From Octopus vulgaris (lineage: Eukaryota): 64,000 bases of DNA. The stretch lies in NCBI GenBank assembly GCA_951406725.2, contig OX597829.1, positions 54,126,001 through 54,190,000 of the forward strand, given 5' to 3'. Position numbers and translations under genes: made by a program. The notes beneath the pieces are model-generated. The model searched no databases. It saw only the letters and a list, made by a program, of their open reading frames with translations, and had not been told where the DNA came from. Numbering within the stretch: the stretch's first letter is position 1; each line of letters starts with the position of its first letter. Positions 34,444 to 48,053 of the stretch are shown one piece after another.

Positions 34444-36171
34444 TCAGTTTCCATTTACTGAATCCTCTCAAAGTTTTGGTCAACCTAAGGCTATAGAAGA
34501 AGACACTTGCCCAAGGTGCCATGCAGTGGGACTAGACCCTGAACTATGTGGTTGGGAAGCAGATTTCTTATGTAGCCACACCTGCTCTACATTAACTATT
34601 AATATTTCATCTTTAAACCTAGCGTTCAGATTTCTCTGTCAAATGTGATGATTGTTTATTCATATTGTGTTGAATTAATCATTCATTAACTCGTAGCTTC
34701 ACGATTCTGATGATGCCATTGTTATTTTTAGAATGGCATTGTAGGGCAAGTGTGGGAGGCCAGATCTGGCTGATTTGAGCATAAAACAAGTTGACTATTT
34801 GGGCTGGATATGGCTATTGTGAATGCTAAAGGGTTAAACAGTGTTGTATTTTTCAGGGGAATGTGAATACTGAATCCAAGGAGTTAATTTTAACTTTATT
34901 TTTTCTGGTTTTGGAATTCTAATTGTTAAAAAAACAAATACCTGAGCTTGAGGTTTATTTCAACTAGAATTTAAAATATCTATAATCAATACAAATTTTA
35001 ATTTTCATTTTGTACCTCCTCGTTTTCATGTTTTCTTTTAATAAAAATATCATTTTGGAAATTTCTGAACTTTCAATTTACAATATCATCACCATCATCA
35101 TTTAATGTCCATTGTCCATGCTGGCACGGGTTGGATGGTTTGACCAGGGCTGGAAAGCTGCACCAAACTCCAGTCTGACTCGGCATGGTTTCTACGGCTG
35201 AATGCCCTTCCTAATGCCAACCACTCTGAGAAGGCTGCATTTGATTCGTTTGACTAAATTTCTTCAAGGTGCTTCCACTGCATGGCTGCAGTCTGATGAT
35301 TGAAACAAACAAAAGAAATATATATATATATATCATCATCATCATCATTTAGTATCCGTTGTCCATGCTGGCATGGGTTGAATGGTTTGACCAAAGCTGG
35401 TAAGCTGAGGGGCTGTACCAAGTCCTAGTCTGATTTGGCATGGTTTCTACAGTTGGATGCCCTTCCTAACACCAATCTTTTTGAGAGTGCTTTTACGTGC
35501 CACTGGCACGGGTGTCAGTTTGTATGACTACAATTTCACTTGGCTTGATGGGTATCCTTTTCAAACATAGCATATTGCCAGAGCTCTTGGTCATTTGTTA
35601 TTGCCTCCGTGGGGCCAAACGTTTGAAGATCATGCTTCACCACCTTGACCCGTGCCTTCCTGGGTCTCCCTCTTCCACAGCTTCCTTCCACTGTTGCAGA
35701 TTGGCACTTATTCACACAAATGTCCGCATCCATGACTGTACCAATGCAATCACCTCTCTTCTACACCACATCTGATGCTTCTTATGTCCAGCTTTTTTCT
35801 CAGGACACTCATTCTCTGTCGTACATGCACACACATGCATGAGAGAGAGAGAGAGAGTAACCATTGTGTGATTGTTTTAGATTCTGAGTATTTGCTGGGG
35901 TTATTGAAGTAATCAAGCTTAAGTTTTTATGAAAAAAATTGATAAATTCTGTCTGAGTACAATATTATCTGAAATTGTTTTTTAGTCACCCCCCCCCCCC
36001 AATATTGGATCCAATAACCCTAAAATGATTTAATACCTTCATTTTCAGTTGCTTTCAGTTTTTAATATAATCTTTGTTTTGTGGATTTCTATGTAATTAC
36101 AAACTGTTTTATCCTGTTTAAGAACATTGATTTCTAGCTATTTTTTTTTTCTCATTTTTTCTTTTTTGTAG

Positions 36172-36422
36172 CCGGCAATGCGAATAATGTAGTTGTGAAC
36201 GGATGTCACGATGACAAAGAAGCAATGCAGAACTCCGAGGAATGTAAAACAGCTAAAGATACTGAAGAGAAAATGTCCAGTGAAAAGAATCTATCCGAAA
36301 AAGATTCTGTTCCTGCAACGAATGAAAACGAAAAGAACAATGAACAAGAAATTGTCTTGATTCAGGACACAGGTTTTACTGTGAAAATTGTATGTCCAGG
36401 AACAGAACCATTTGATCTCACT
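36172..36422 (+). CDS. CLUH: CLUH exon 2
   Basis: Long pyrimidine tract tgtag|CC..ACT|gtaagt; acidic linker, then IVLIQDTGFTVKIVCPGTEPFDLT (start of CLU_N). Confidence 0.9.
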
Positions 36423-37119
36423 GTAAGTGATGCCAGGATTTTTGCAAAAATGTTGTGTGCAGAAACAGACTTGTTTACGTCATATTTCATCATCATCATC
36501 ATCGTTTAGCGTCCACTTTCCATGCTAGCATGGGTTGGACGGTTCAACTGGGGTCTGGGAAGCCAGAAGGCTGCATCAGGCCCAGTCTGATCTGGCAGTG
36601 TTTCTACGGCTGGATGCCCTTCCTAACGCCAACCACTCCGTGAGTGTAGTGGGTGCTTTTTACGTGCCACCGGCACAGGTGCCAGATGTGTCTGGCAAAC
36701 GGCCATGATCGGATGGTGCTTTTTACGTGCCACCAGCATGGGGGCCAGGCGAGGCTGGCAATGGCCACGAACGGATGGTGCTTTTTACGTGCCACTGGCA
36801 CGGAGGCCAGTCGGGGCGGCGCTGGCAACGGCCACGTTCGGATGGTTCTCTTACATGCCACCGGCACTGGTAACTCAGCTGCAATTTCCATTGATCGATT
36901 TCGATTCTGATTTGATTCTGATTTAATTATTGCTATTAAATTGTATTGGCCACCCATCCAGCCAGGGCTTAAGAAGTAAATTAAATAATCAATAGATGTG
37001 TGTAATCACTTGACCAGCTAGGAATAGCAACTGAATCTTCCTCAGGTCACACCCTGGTGTCTTATTGAATTTGGTGTAAACGTATAAAAGTAAACTTGAT
37101 TGTCATGGCAGGATACTTT

Positions 37120-37810
37120 TGGGTGTTGCTGGATGTAGTGGAAAGTTCATTGATGTGTAGAAGGAAGTGGGGCAAAACCAGACCCTGGGGAACACCAGAG
37201 CTGATTGAGAGTGATTTTATTGGAAGCTGTTGATGATCCAAGAAACAAGTGATGAGTGGATTTCATATGGGAGAAGTTTTGATGTGGTCAGAGGCTTTGC
37301 TGATGTTTAGGGCAACATCATTGATTTCACTGAGCTTTTCTGAAGGGAAATTCTTTAGATGAGTGATATAAGAGAGTAGGTCCCCAGTGGATCTGTGTGT
37401 CTGGAAGTTGTATTGATGGTCAGTCAGGAGAGAGAAAGAGGTGTGTGTGTGATGGAGACCATCATGGCTTATGGCTGTTTCCATTACCTTGGAGAGGTTA
37501 GCAAGTGGGATCAGGGAGGTAATAGTTAGCCAAATCAGGTAAGGATTGGTTTTTCTTGGAATGGAGGACATTGACACATGCTTCCAAATATCAGAGTAGA
37601 AAACGACAGGTTAGAGATTGATGAGCACAGAATGGTTGGCCATAGTTCGGATTATAAGAATGTTTGAGTCTTGTGATGCACAAGGGCATCGTTTGTACAC
37701 CAGATATGGTTCCTACAGGAGTTGCTCTGCTGAGTGAATGCCTCCTAGGTTTAGGGAGTGAGTGAGATTCTTCAGACATTGTTGGCCTTGATTTTTTTTT
37801 ACCCAAACAG
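37120..37810 (-). mobile_element. CR1/Jockey-group LINE RT fragment
   Basis: HQYNFQTHRSTGDLLSYITH..VALNISKASD; SGVPQG. Confidence 0.75.
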
Positions 37811-38673
37811 TGTGGGACATTAGGTTTTTATTGTGTGGAAAATGCAAAAAAAAAAAATTAATAAATAAATAGATGGTTTAACTCACCTGTCTAGCTTAGA
37901 ATCATTGGGATATGTGTGACGAGCTTAGCTACACAATTTTCGCTTACTCTTGGCTAGAAGGTCACATGTCACTTGAACATATTGTTCATTTTGAAACGAG
38001 ATAAGAATAACAAAACTAAAGCTATGTCACTTGGCTTATAAATACAGGTGTGTATCTTTTTTTAATTTTTTTTTTTTTTAGGTAAAACGTCTGTACCATA
38101 GCAGCTTACTCACTGAGCTGCTGCATGGCATAAAAATATGAGATAACTGATGCTTAATTGTTAATCAGATTGTGAATGAAAAAGTTTGGATTTAAGATAA
38201 GGTTTTGGGATTTTTGTTTTTTTTTCTTTTTTAATTCAAAATCATAGTTAATAATGGCGAATTTGAAGTTGTCTCCCTTGTTTGGTGAAGCGTCCTTTTT
38301 TTAGCCCCTGGCTGACCAAAGCCTTTTGAATAGATTTAGCAGAAACTGAAAGTTTATCGTGTCTCTTTGTGTTTGTTCCCCACCATTGTTTGACAACTGG
38401 TGTTGGTCTGTTTATGTCCCTGTAACTTAGCAGTTCAAATGTGAGGTCAATAGAATAAGTACCAAGCTTTAAAAAAAGGTACTGGGGTTGATTTGTTCAA
38501 TTAAACCCCTCAAGGTAGTGCCCCAGCATGGCCACAATGTAATGACTGAAGCAAATAAAAAAATAAAAGATAGCCCTGCCGATGTTTAGTTTTAAAAATC
38601 TGTGAAATATTTCATTATTCCACTGTGAAGCTGGAACTATAAATTATGAATTTTTTTCTAAAATTTTTACCAG

Positions 38674-38845
38674 GTAAGTTGTATGGAACTTGTTCAAGAG
38701 ATCCACCAAGTTTTGATGGATCGGGAAGATACTTGCCATAAGACCTGTTTCTCTCTACAATGTGATGGAGTTACGTTGGATAATTTTGCAGAACTAAAAA
38801 CCATTGAAAATTTGAAGGACAATTCTGTTATTAAAGTTGTTGAGG
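38674..38845 (+). CDS. CLUH: CLUH exon 3 (CLU_N)
   Basis: accag|GTA..GAG G|gtatgt; [57 protein letters not shown], a highly characteristic CLUH motif. Confidence 0.95.
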
Positions 38846-39449
38846 GTATGTAAATATAATTTTGCAAACGTTTTTTTGTAAATTTGATAATGAATTCACT
38901 CCATGTATATATATCACTTGGGGTTTATTTTTCATAAGATTATATTGTTAATATTACCTGACTGAAAGCTAACATAGTTGGAAGAATAGCTGTATAATGT
39001 GATCATTACAGGACTTCTCAGACTGGTGTGATCGATACAGTTGATATTCAGCTTTAAAGCAAGTAAAGCAGCAGTAGGAACAGAATAGAGAGAATGAATG
39101 GTGGTTTAGAAGTTCTTTTCAAGCAATGTGGTTCTGGGTTCGATCCTAGTGTGCAGTAAAATTGCACAACAGTTTTGGCTGATCAATGACTTGTAAGCAA
39201 AATTTGATAACCTAAAAAGCTGCAGAAGTCTCTTCTGAGTGCATGTGTGTATATGTATATACATGCATGTGTGCATGTATGTATATATATATGTGTGTGT
39301 GTGCGTGCATGTATGTATTATACATGCATGTGTGTATGTCTCTACTAATAATTCATTATTTTATCGGTCGAAAATATTTTTTTTATATTGATATGATTGA
39401 CAAAAATCTATTGAAGGTTTTATTGATTATGCTGATAAACATATTGTTA

Positions 39450-40720
39450 TCATTTTGATGTCTGCTTTCCCTTACTGGCATGGGTTAGATGGGTCAACTT
39501 CAACAAAGTGGTTTTTCCATTTGTTGTGGCCCTTTACCATTTCTTTTGCAAGGTTCAACATCTTGGCATCTGTCTTCTTCAGGCTCCTTCTACTTGCATT
39601 ATTTGACAATTTTTTTTTTCACATTTATTTCCTTTCTTTATGCATATACCATTGTGGTCTTCTCTCTTGTACACTATAGTAAATATCTCTGCTGATCAGT
39701 TTTCCTCTCTGCATGTGAAGTGAAGTCTGTTTATATATACTGTTATATATAAACCGTGGTAGATGTTCGTTTATATCAGTGCAGCATGCTACCTTAATTT
39801 CTTCCTTGCTTTCACAAATTTCCAAATTCAGTGTTAGTATTATTGCACTTCAAACACGAGTGTCATACAATCTGCCCTTCATTCACTGGGAGAAGAAGCT
39901 AGTTCTCATCAATAACTTCCTCAGCTTCCCACCCTTCCTTAGAATGGTTACTGTGTTTTTGCAGCACCTACCTTCACTGCTAATAGTTACCAGATGGTTG
40001 AATCACTTCATTTTTGAGAGGTGCTCTTGCTATTAGCTTCTTTTCTGAACCATTTACATTGGAAATCCTTATTCTCTGTCAGTTCATCTGACAACCTGTT
40101 GCACATCATCATCATTTAATGTTATTCTAGGATTGGGTATACACTATAGAGTTCTTAGCTCCTTTTCGCATATCAAACTTGTCCATTTCCTTGTCAATTG
40201 AAGTGTTTTATATTTTTTTTTATGCTGAGGCTTCAGTCTTTCTATATTGACTTTTTGGTCTCTTGAATTCTAGACCCAACATTCATGTTAAGAACCTTGC
40301 TCTAACACTTCCATTGATTTGTCTTTTAAAGATTGGTCATTGTGAAACTGGAATTTCTAACGACAGCTAGTCTTGAACTTTTTTGTTATAGTTTGGTGAA
40401 CCATAATAAAACATAAACAAGAATGAGACCTTATAAGTATCTACTTGCATATTAAATTCCTCAAAGAGCTTGATGCTAACCTACCTTTCTTGCTACACTC
40501 TTTTTTAATGCTTTGTATGGCTCTCATGAGTCATTCTTTTCTTCCCAGTTTTCAGTGCCAACCAAATTATGGAACATAACCCTTCCAAAATATTTCTTGA
40601 AGTCAGAAAGTTTGTTTATTAGCCTCAGTAAGAAGAGGGTATTGTTAGCTACATGTTCTAGCTTGAAACTACATCTCGTATAATCTAGTCCCATTTCTGA
40701 TTATTGTTGTTGTAACTTTC
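39450..40720 (-). mobile_element. Highly decayed RTE-like LINE fragments
   Basis: Similarity to the reverse complement of the 3' RT region of the 22590-25108 element. Confidence 0.5.
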
Positions 40721-41153
40721 TCTGCTACTTTCATGACTGGTGTGTTAGTTTAACCCCTTTGATACCAACCTGCCTTAAACTTCCATCTGATTCTCTGACA
40801 CAAACCTCTGGCTTAAAAGTGATCCACATTTCAAACATCATTTTAATAATAACAATGTTGTTAAATTCTTAATTATTTTCAAAATAAATTGGAACAAAAG
40901 CAGTGTATTTCAGCAGAAATATGGTAACAAAAGAGTGAAAACCCCTTTTGGGACATTTTTCTAAGCATCTCTTTTCCCCTTTGGATGTTTTTATGCTAGA
41001 CATCGGATATAATACCTCCTTTCATTATTTGATTTCTTTTCATTTATTTAATGAAAACCTGACAGCATTGTGGAATATGTTTCTCTTATGTTTCAATTTA
41101 GAAGTGTTGTTTATGGAATTCTCTTTTATTTATGAATTTCTCTTTCCTTGTAG

Positions 41154-41294
41154 AGCCTTACACTGTTCGAGAAGCCCGAATTCATGTACGACATGTAAGG
41201 GACTTATTGAAATCGGTTGACCAAAATGATGCCTATATTGGAATTGATTGTAATTCTTTGACTTGTCTCAATGCTGTATTTTCAGAAACACATG
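41154..41294 (+). CDS. CLUH: CLUH exon 4
   Basis: tgtag|AG..G|gtaagt; [36 protein letters not shown]. Confidence 0.95.
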
Positions 41295-41508
41295 GTAAGT
41301 TGATATTAAACAAAAACAAATTTTGTAAAATGCTCAATTTTCATCAATGTTATCATTAGTGTTGGAATAAACGTCAGTATTGCTGGAAGTAAACGGCCTA
41401 TGACATTACTCTTCTATAATATTACACTGCTAAAGGAGGAGGAGCATTATAGTTATTAATATAATGTTCCAGTTTTTTCTCATTCCTTTTCCCTTATAAT
41501 TATTATTA

Positions 41509-42311
41509 GGCTGTGAGCTGACAGAACTGTTAGCACACTAGGTTTCTGCCAAAATTTAGGGAGACAAAAAAAAGGCTGTGAGCTGGCAGAATTGTTAGCA
41601 CGCTGGGTTTCTGCCAAAATTTAGGGAAACAAAAAAGGCTGTGAGCTGGCAGAATTGTTAGCACGCTGGGTTTCTGCCAAAATTTAGGGAGACAAAAAAA
41701 GGCTGTGAGCTGGCAGAATTGTTAGCACGCTGGGTTTCTGCCAAAATTTAGGGAGACAAAAAAAGGCTGTGAGCTGGCAGAATTGTTAGCACGCTGGGTT
41801 TCTGCCAAAATTTAGGGAGACAAAAAAAGGCTGTGAGCTGGCAGAATTGTTAGCACGCTGGGTTTCTGCCAAAATTTAGGGAGACAAAAAAAGGCTGTGA
41901 GCTGGCAGAATTGTTAGCACGCTGGGTTTCTGCCAAAATTTAGGGAGACAAAAAAAGGCTGTGAGCTGGCAGAATTGTTAGCACGCTGGGTTTCTGCCAA
42001 AATTTAGGGAGACAAAAAAAAGGCTGTGAGCTAGCAGAATTGTTAGCACGCTGGGTTTCTGCCAAAATTTAGGGAGACAAAAAAAGGCTGTGAGCTAGCA
42101 GAATTGTTAGCACGCTGGGTTTCTGCCAAAATTTAGGGAGACAAAAAAGGCTGTGAGCTAGCAGAATTGTTAGCACGCTGGGTTTCTGCCAAAATTTAGG
42201 GAGACAAAAAAAAGGCTGTGAGCTAGCAGAATTGTTAGCACGCTGGGTTTCTGCCAAAATTTAGGGAGACAAAAAAAAGACTGTGAGCTAGCAGAATTGT
42301 TAGCACGCTGA
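41509..42311 (+). repeat. Tandem array, 12 full units of about 64 bp derived from the SINE C head
   Basis: GGCTGTGAGCT(G/A)GCAGAATTGTTAGCACGCTGGGTTTCTGCCAAAATTTAGGGAGAC(A)6-8; unit starts 41509, 41574, 41637, 41701, 41765, 41829, 41893, 41957, 42022, 42086, 42149, 42214, 42279. Confidence 0.97.
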
Positions 42312-42509
42312 GTAAAATACTTAGCGGCATTTCATCCGTCGTTACATTCTGAGTTCAAATTCCGCTGAGGTCAGCTTTATCTTTCATCCCTTTGGGTTCA
42401 ATAAAATAAGTACCTATTGAATACTGGGGCTGATATAAACAACTTAACCCTTCTCGAAATTGCTGGCCTTGTACCAAAATTTGAAATCATTATCATCATC
42501 ATTATTATT

Positions 42510-42975
42510 GAGGGAGAGAACACTCGGTAAAATATACGAAGCCCAGTATACCCATCATGACTACCCATCTGATAAGGGTACACTAGGCACATGCATCACA
42601 ACCATATGTGTGCGACATGGTGATCTCATATCCAGATAAACAGCACATGACCTTGCGGGTGAGGGCCCAGTTAGAATTTTCTTCTGGTCAAGTAGCTCAT
42701 TCCGCTCAAATGGTCCCTGAATAAGGATTGTTTAAGGATGTTGAACAAAACACCCATGTTTCCAGAGGTGAATTATCAAAACCCCAAGGAATTCCTCTCA
42801 ACACATGGCTATGATGCTCCCCCACTGCTTCTGCTCGTGATCAGAGATGCACATATCGTCAGCCACTAAGGGACATGCTCAACTGGTTAAGGTCAAACAA
42901 CTGACAAGCAAATCTGTGGTATTGAGCAGAATATTTGCTGTAGACCATCTTTTATACCAAGACAAAACAATGCAC
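42510..42975. mobile_element. Unclassified insertion bounded by (ATT)n tracts
   Basis: Compositionally distinct segment between the SINE C tail and another ATT run; no ORF or TIR recognised. Confidence 0.4.
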
Positions 42976-44071
42976 ATTATTATTATTATTGGTTCAGCTT
43001 TACATTGTGAGGTCAAATTCTACTGAGGTCGACTTAGCCTTTCGTTCTTTCAGAGTTTATGAAACAAGTACCTGTTGAATGCTAGGGGTCAATGTAATCG
43101 ACTAAACCCCTCAAAGGTCAAGCTTGAGCCTATAATAGAAAGGATTATTATTTTATTAATAGTGTGGTACTTTGGTAGAAATTGGAGAGCGCTTGACATT
43201 TTCAAGTCTGCATTTATCACAGAAGTGCTATGTAGATTTTATCAATTCTTAAGGTCAACTTTGCTTTTTATTCTTTTGGAGTTGGTAAAAAAAGTACCAT
43301 GGAGCACTGGGGTCAGTGTAATTGACTATACCCCTCCCCACCAAACTTCAGACCTTGCCTTGTGCCTATAGTAGAAACGATAATTGTTGTTATTATTATT
43401 GTAGGTGGCAAGCTGGCAGAATCATCAGCGCACTGGACGAAATGCTTAACAGTATTTTGCCTGTTGCTCCATTCTGAGTTCAAATTCTGCTGAGGTTGAC
43501 ATTGCCTCTTGGAATCGCTAAAATAAGTACCAGTTGAACACTTGTGTCGATGTAATTGATGTATCCCCTCCCCCAAAACTGCTGCCCTTGTGGCAAAATT
43601 TGAAACCATTATTATTATTATTATCTCTTATTATAATTATTATAATAAAGGTAGTGTGTTCACAGAGTCACCGGGCAAAATGCTTAGTGGCATTTCTTCC
43701 TGCTTTACATTCTGAGTTCAAATTCTGCCTTTCAGGGTCAATAAAATTAAGTACCAGTCAAATAATGGGGTTGATGTAATTGTCTATCTCTGCCCCCAGA
43801 TTTTGGCCCTTGTGCCTATAGAAGACAGGATTAGGATTATTATTATTATAGACATTGACTTCATGTTCACAAATATCACTACTTTCAGTGTCGTCTATTA
43901 CTTGTCTCGACTCCCATTCTAGGTTTGATGTCTGTACTTCTTTCCTCTCCAATATCAGAGATTATATGATTGCAGAGTCTGCAGATTCGTTGCTTTTTAC
44001 CAATGTAAGAAATTGTTATTTCTGTTGTTATCATATAAATACTCTAATGACACTTTTGAAATATTCTACAG

Positions 44072-44187
44072 ATCGTAAAAACCGTTCAAGATTGGAGTCT
44101 ACAGACTGTTCCCCACCTGAATTTATTTTACCAAATTCTAAAGAACCACCTTTACTTTACTTGCATCCTTCTATTAAAGAACAAAAG
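44072..44187 (+). CDS. CLUH: CLUH exon 5
   Basis: tacag|AT..AAG|gtaaga; DRKNRSRLESTDCSPPEFILPNSKEPPLLYLHPSIKEQK. Confidence 0.92.
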
Positions 44188-44768
44188 GTAAGATATGTTA
44201 TTAATGGAAATTTTTTGGTAGTGGTTTGCTGACCTTTGTTCTTCATCCACACGATCAGAAATGCTAATAAATCCTCTCCCACCCCAACCAATCTTCTATT
44301 TCATGCACAAATAATTGACATTTACTTTTTGGATCAAGTGCTCTGTGCATAGTTAGGGTTTCTATTGCATCTAATGCCTCTATTCTTTGTCCATTTCAAT
44401 ATTCTGGGATTATAATGTGACAATAGCAATTGCCCATGTGTTGATCAGATTTATCAGATCCTTTGAATTAAATTTAGACTTTGTCCCTTTAGCATTGATA
44501 TTACTCTGTCTAATGTAATACTTGTTTATTCACATTATTTTAAATTAATCATGCATTATCTCATAGCTTTGAGATTCTGATGATGTGATCGTTTATTTTC
44601 AAAATGACATTGTAGAAAGGTGTAAGAGGCAGGATCTGGTTAATTTGAGCTCAATATTGGCCAAGTTAAATGATAAAGGGTTAAAATTCCAATTTTTTGA
44701 AAAAATATTGTTTTCACCTTTTTCTTATGCATTTTGATTTATTGTTGTTATCGTTATTAATATTCCAG

Positions 44769-44838
44769 GGGCCACAGTGCTTGAAAGTGATGACATACAG
44801 TGGCTGGAACCCACCTCCTGGTAACCGAAGAATGCACG
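44769..44838 (+). CDS. CLUH: CLUH exon 6
   Basis: tccag|GGG..G|gtaaac; [23 protein letters not shown]. Confidence 0.95.
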
Positions 44839-44911
44839 GTAAACTAAACAATATTGTATTAGTTATTTTTCACAAGTATACAAACACACACACACGCTCT
44901 TGTATGAGTTA

Positions 44912-44995
44912 AATATAAAATAAAAATATAAAATAAAAATATAAAATAAAAATATAAAATAAAAATATAAAAATAAAAATATAAAATAAAAATAT
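44912..44995. repeat. 13-bp AT-only tandem repeat
   Basis: (ATATAAAATAAAA) about 6 times. Confidence 0.9.
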
Positions 44996-45878
44996 AGCTA
45001 ACGGAATGTATCTTATCCCAATTAATTTATAATTGACCTGTTTAGGATCCTTTGTTTATTATATGATCTATTTCCTCATGCTAGCATGGGGAAGAGGCAT
45101 TACTGTAGGATGTTCTCCATAATGCAAACCATTCCAACTGATGTAAGAGTGGAGCCTATTTTTACTCAAGTCTCATCAATTAGAGCAAGCAGGGTCAGTT
45201 CAACCCTTTAGCATTCAGATTATTCTGTCAAATGTAATGCTTATTTATCCACATTGTTTCCAATTAATCATGCATTATATCACAACTTTAAAATTTGGAT
45301 GATTTAGTAGTATTTTTTAGAATAACTTCATAGAATAGGTATAAAAGGCTGGATCTGGCTAGTTTGAACATAAAATAGGTAGAATATTTGGGTTGGAAAT
45401 GGCCAGTTTAAATGCTAAAGAGTTAATGGCTGTAGAAAAATATATATTTTTTATTTTGCTTAATATAATATCTAATTTATTTTTAAATACAATTTTAATA
45501 CAATGTAATTAAATTTAAAATATTAATCTACAGGGTGGTAACAGGAAAATATTTTGTCTTTTATTTTAAAGCTACCCTTATTTTTGCTCATGTTTAAGAG
45601 TATATGTACTGTTGTAATTATGGATCACACTTCTTTTAAATATAATGAGATGGCCCATTCTTCTGTCTTTTTTTATTTAGTGTTTACCTTATCAATTGAT
45701 TGCTACAGAAAAGTATTATTTGATTTATAGATTTAAAAGCTTGTTAGATTCTAGCAACTCATTAAAATTCCTGAAAAGAAATTTAAAAATCTGTTAAACT
45801 CTGAAACAGTTAACGTTTCTGTTTTAATATAATTGTGTCATGAGATAATTAAAAGTGATTATTCTCTTAATTTTCCAG

Positions 45879-45963
45879 GTGATCTCCTCTACTTACATAT
45901 AGTCACACTGGAAGATAAAAGGTTTCATGTCACTGCTTCTACACGAGGTTTCTATTTAAACCA
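45879..45963 (+). CDS. CLUH: CLUH exon 7
   Basis: tccag|GT..CA|gtgagt; [29 protein letters not shown]. Confidence 0.95.
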
Positions 45964-47974
45964 GTGAGTGGGCTTTTGTTTCTCCCTGACAAATTTTTAG
46001 CTGTTTCTCTTCCATCACCAATACCTCTCTCCAGACAACTTTCAGGGATTCTGGTTTATCAAAGTTTATAAATTAGTTTATTTTCTGAAGTGCTTATACA
46101 TCTAAGTTTTGGCTTTTAAATACTGTTTTCTCTCTGGGAAAGACAGACTGTTATAGTTCCTGTGTGATGTATGCGACAGTTACTTAGCCCAAGGGCAACC
46201 CTGACTCAACAGATCTATAAACAAAGGTATTTCATTATTTAATGAGTCTTGCCTCTTTTATAAACAGTGGTGGTGTTAACTTGAGAGAGATTTTGCTGCT
46301 CTTTTTAGCAGAACTAGTAACCATGTTGAGGCTCCTTCATTGGTTTGGAACCCCTTGTCTACATAGCAACCAGCACTCAAAGGATCTTATTGTTTGACTG
46401 ACTAGAAAATATAACTCACAATGTTGAAATGTTAGTATACTGCTTGAAGGGTCAACAGGTTATTTCTAGTCAGCTGCGTTATGTTGTGCTCCTAGCAAAG
46501 ACATAACTCCCAATAACCCAATTAATTTAATTGCAAATACTATTAATTGTTATATTTGTTTATGTAATTCCTCCTCTTCAACTTAATTTTCACTTCTATG
46601 GACATCAGAGAGAGTAATATTTCTGTTGTCTACAATAAAATGGAGACATTTTCTCTCAGTGTTTTCAATTTTCAGGGAGGAAACATAAAAATTTGCATAT
46701 TGAACTATTGGTTTTGGTTATGATTACATGTCTGTGATTTTTCACAAAAGAAAAAAGAAAAAAAAGTGAGAGAGAGAGAGAGAAACAGTTTTCTTATTTA
46801 TTAGATCCTGCAACTGAGTACTGAAATGCTGGATCTAATAAATGTTAGCTTGTTCTGTTGAGCTAATCTCTCATTGATATGAAGAAATCTGCATAAAGTT
46901 AATCCCTGAAGTCACTATAAAATATTTATGTCTTCCCTTGCCTGTTTTTTTTTTTTTTTTAATTGGTCATGATCCAGCCAGGCTTTCTGTTAGCCAAGGT
47001 TGGCCATACATGTGCAGATCTGGGCAAGATTTTTCATGAAGGTTGGCAGCTGCCTATGTATGCAAGTTTCTTCTCCAAACTACCTATGTAGTATCCAAGG
47101 AAAAGGCCCCCAACTGTTTGGGGCAATACAATGTCATTGCTGCCAAAATACAAAGAATCAGAACAGATACTGATCATCTAACAGTTCTACACCAATCCAC
47201 TCTCCTGGACTGAGACATTTTTCTTTTTTCAACCCGAAAGGATGAAAAGTAAAATTAACCTTTCAAGTTTTGAATATTCTTATGATTCTGCCATTTTGCC
47301 ACATCTCATATTTGAAAAGCTTTGCTGACCTGTATGTGTGGGCGTTTAGTTCCAAGATAGCTTTGACTTGGTAGATCTATGATTAAAAGATATTCCAACC
47401 ATGACATTTTTTTAAGCAGTAGTAGGAAATTTAAGGGAGATTTGGTTCTATTTCTTGTAGGCTGAACAATCACATAAATGCTCCCTTACTGCCTTATTAT
47501 GTGTATTGCTAAAATAAGTCTAGGAGAGCAAAGTCTTATAAAATGCAGAGTCTTATTTCTTCAAAACAAGTTAACAGTAATAATATGCATTGGGTTTCAA
47601 TGTAATTCTAAGTTTGTGTAATAAGTTTTTCTATTTATTAACCAACATAGAACAATACTAAGTCACAAATATGAAATGTATCTATTAAATGTTTTTATTA
47701 GTTAATGTCTATTTCATATTAAAGGGGACAAACTGGCAGAATCATTAGCACACTGGGCAAAATGCTTAGCTGCATCTTGTCCTTCATGTTCTGGGTTCAA
47801 ATTCTGCTGAGGTCAACTTTGCCTTTCATCTTTTTGGGAGTTGATAAAATAAGTACCAGTTGAGTACTGAGGTTGACATAATTGACTGTCCCCACCCCCC
47901 AAAATTGCTGGCCTTGTGCCAAAATTTGAAATTGATGTTTATTTCATGTTTCACTCATTTTATCTTCCTTCCAG

Positions 47975-48053
47975 ATGTACAGAAGATGAATTCAATCCTA
48001 AAGTTGCCGCTCAAAAGCACTTATCACATTCTCTTATTGAACTCCTGAATCAA
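47975..48053 (+). CDS. CLUH: CLUH exon 8
   Basis: tccag|A..CAA|gtaaat; CTEDEFNPKVAAQKHLSHSLIELLNQ. Confidence 0.93.

Noticed and set aside
41509-42311. CRISPR-like appearance of the palindromic repeat array
   Set aside because: No unique spacers, no cas genes, eukaryotic intron; the units derive from a SINE
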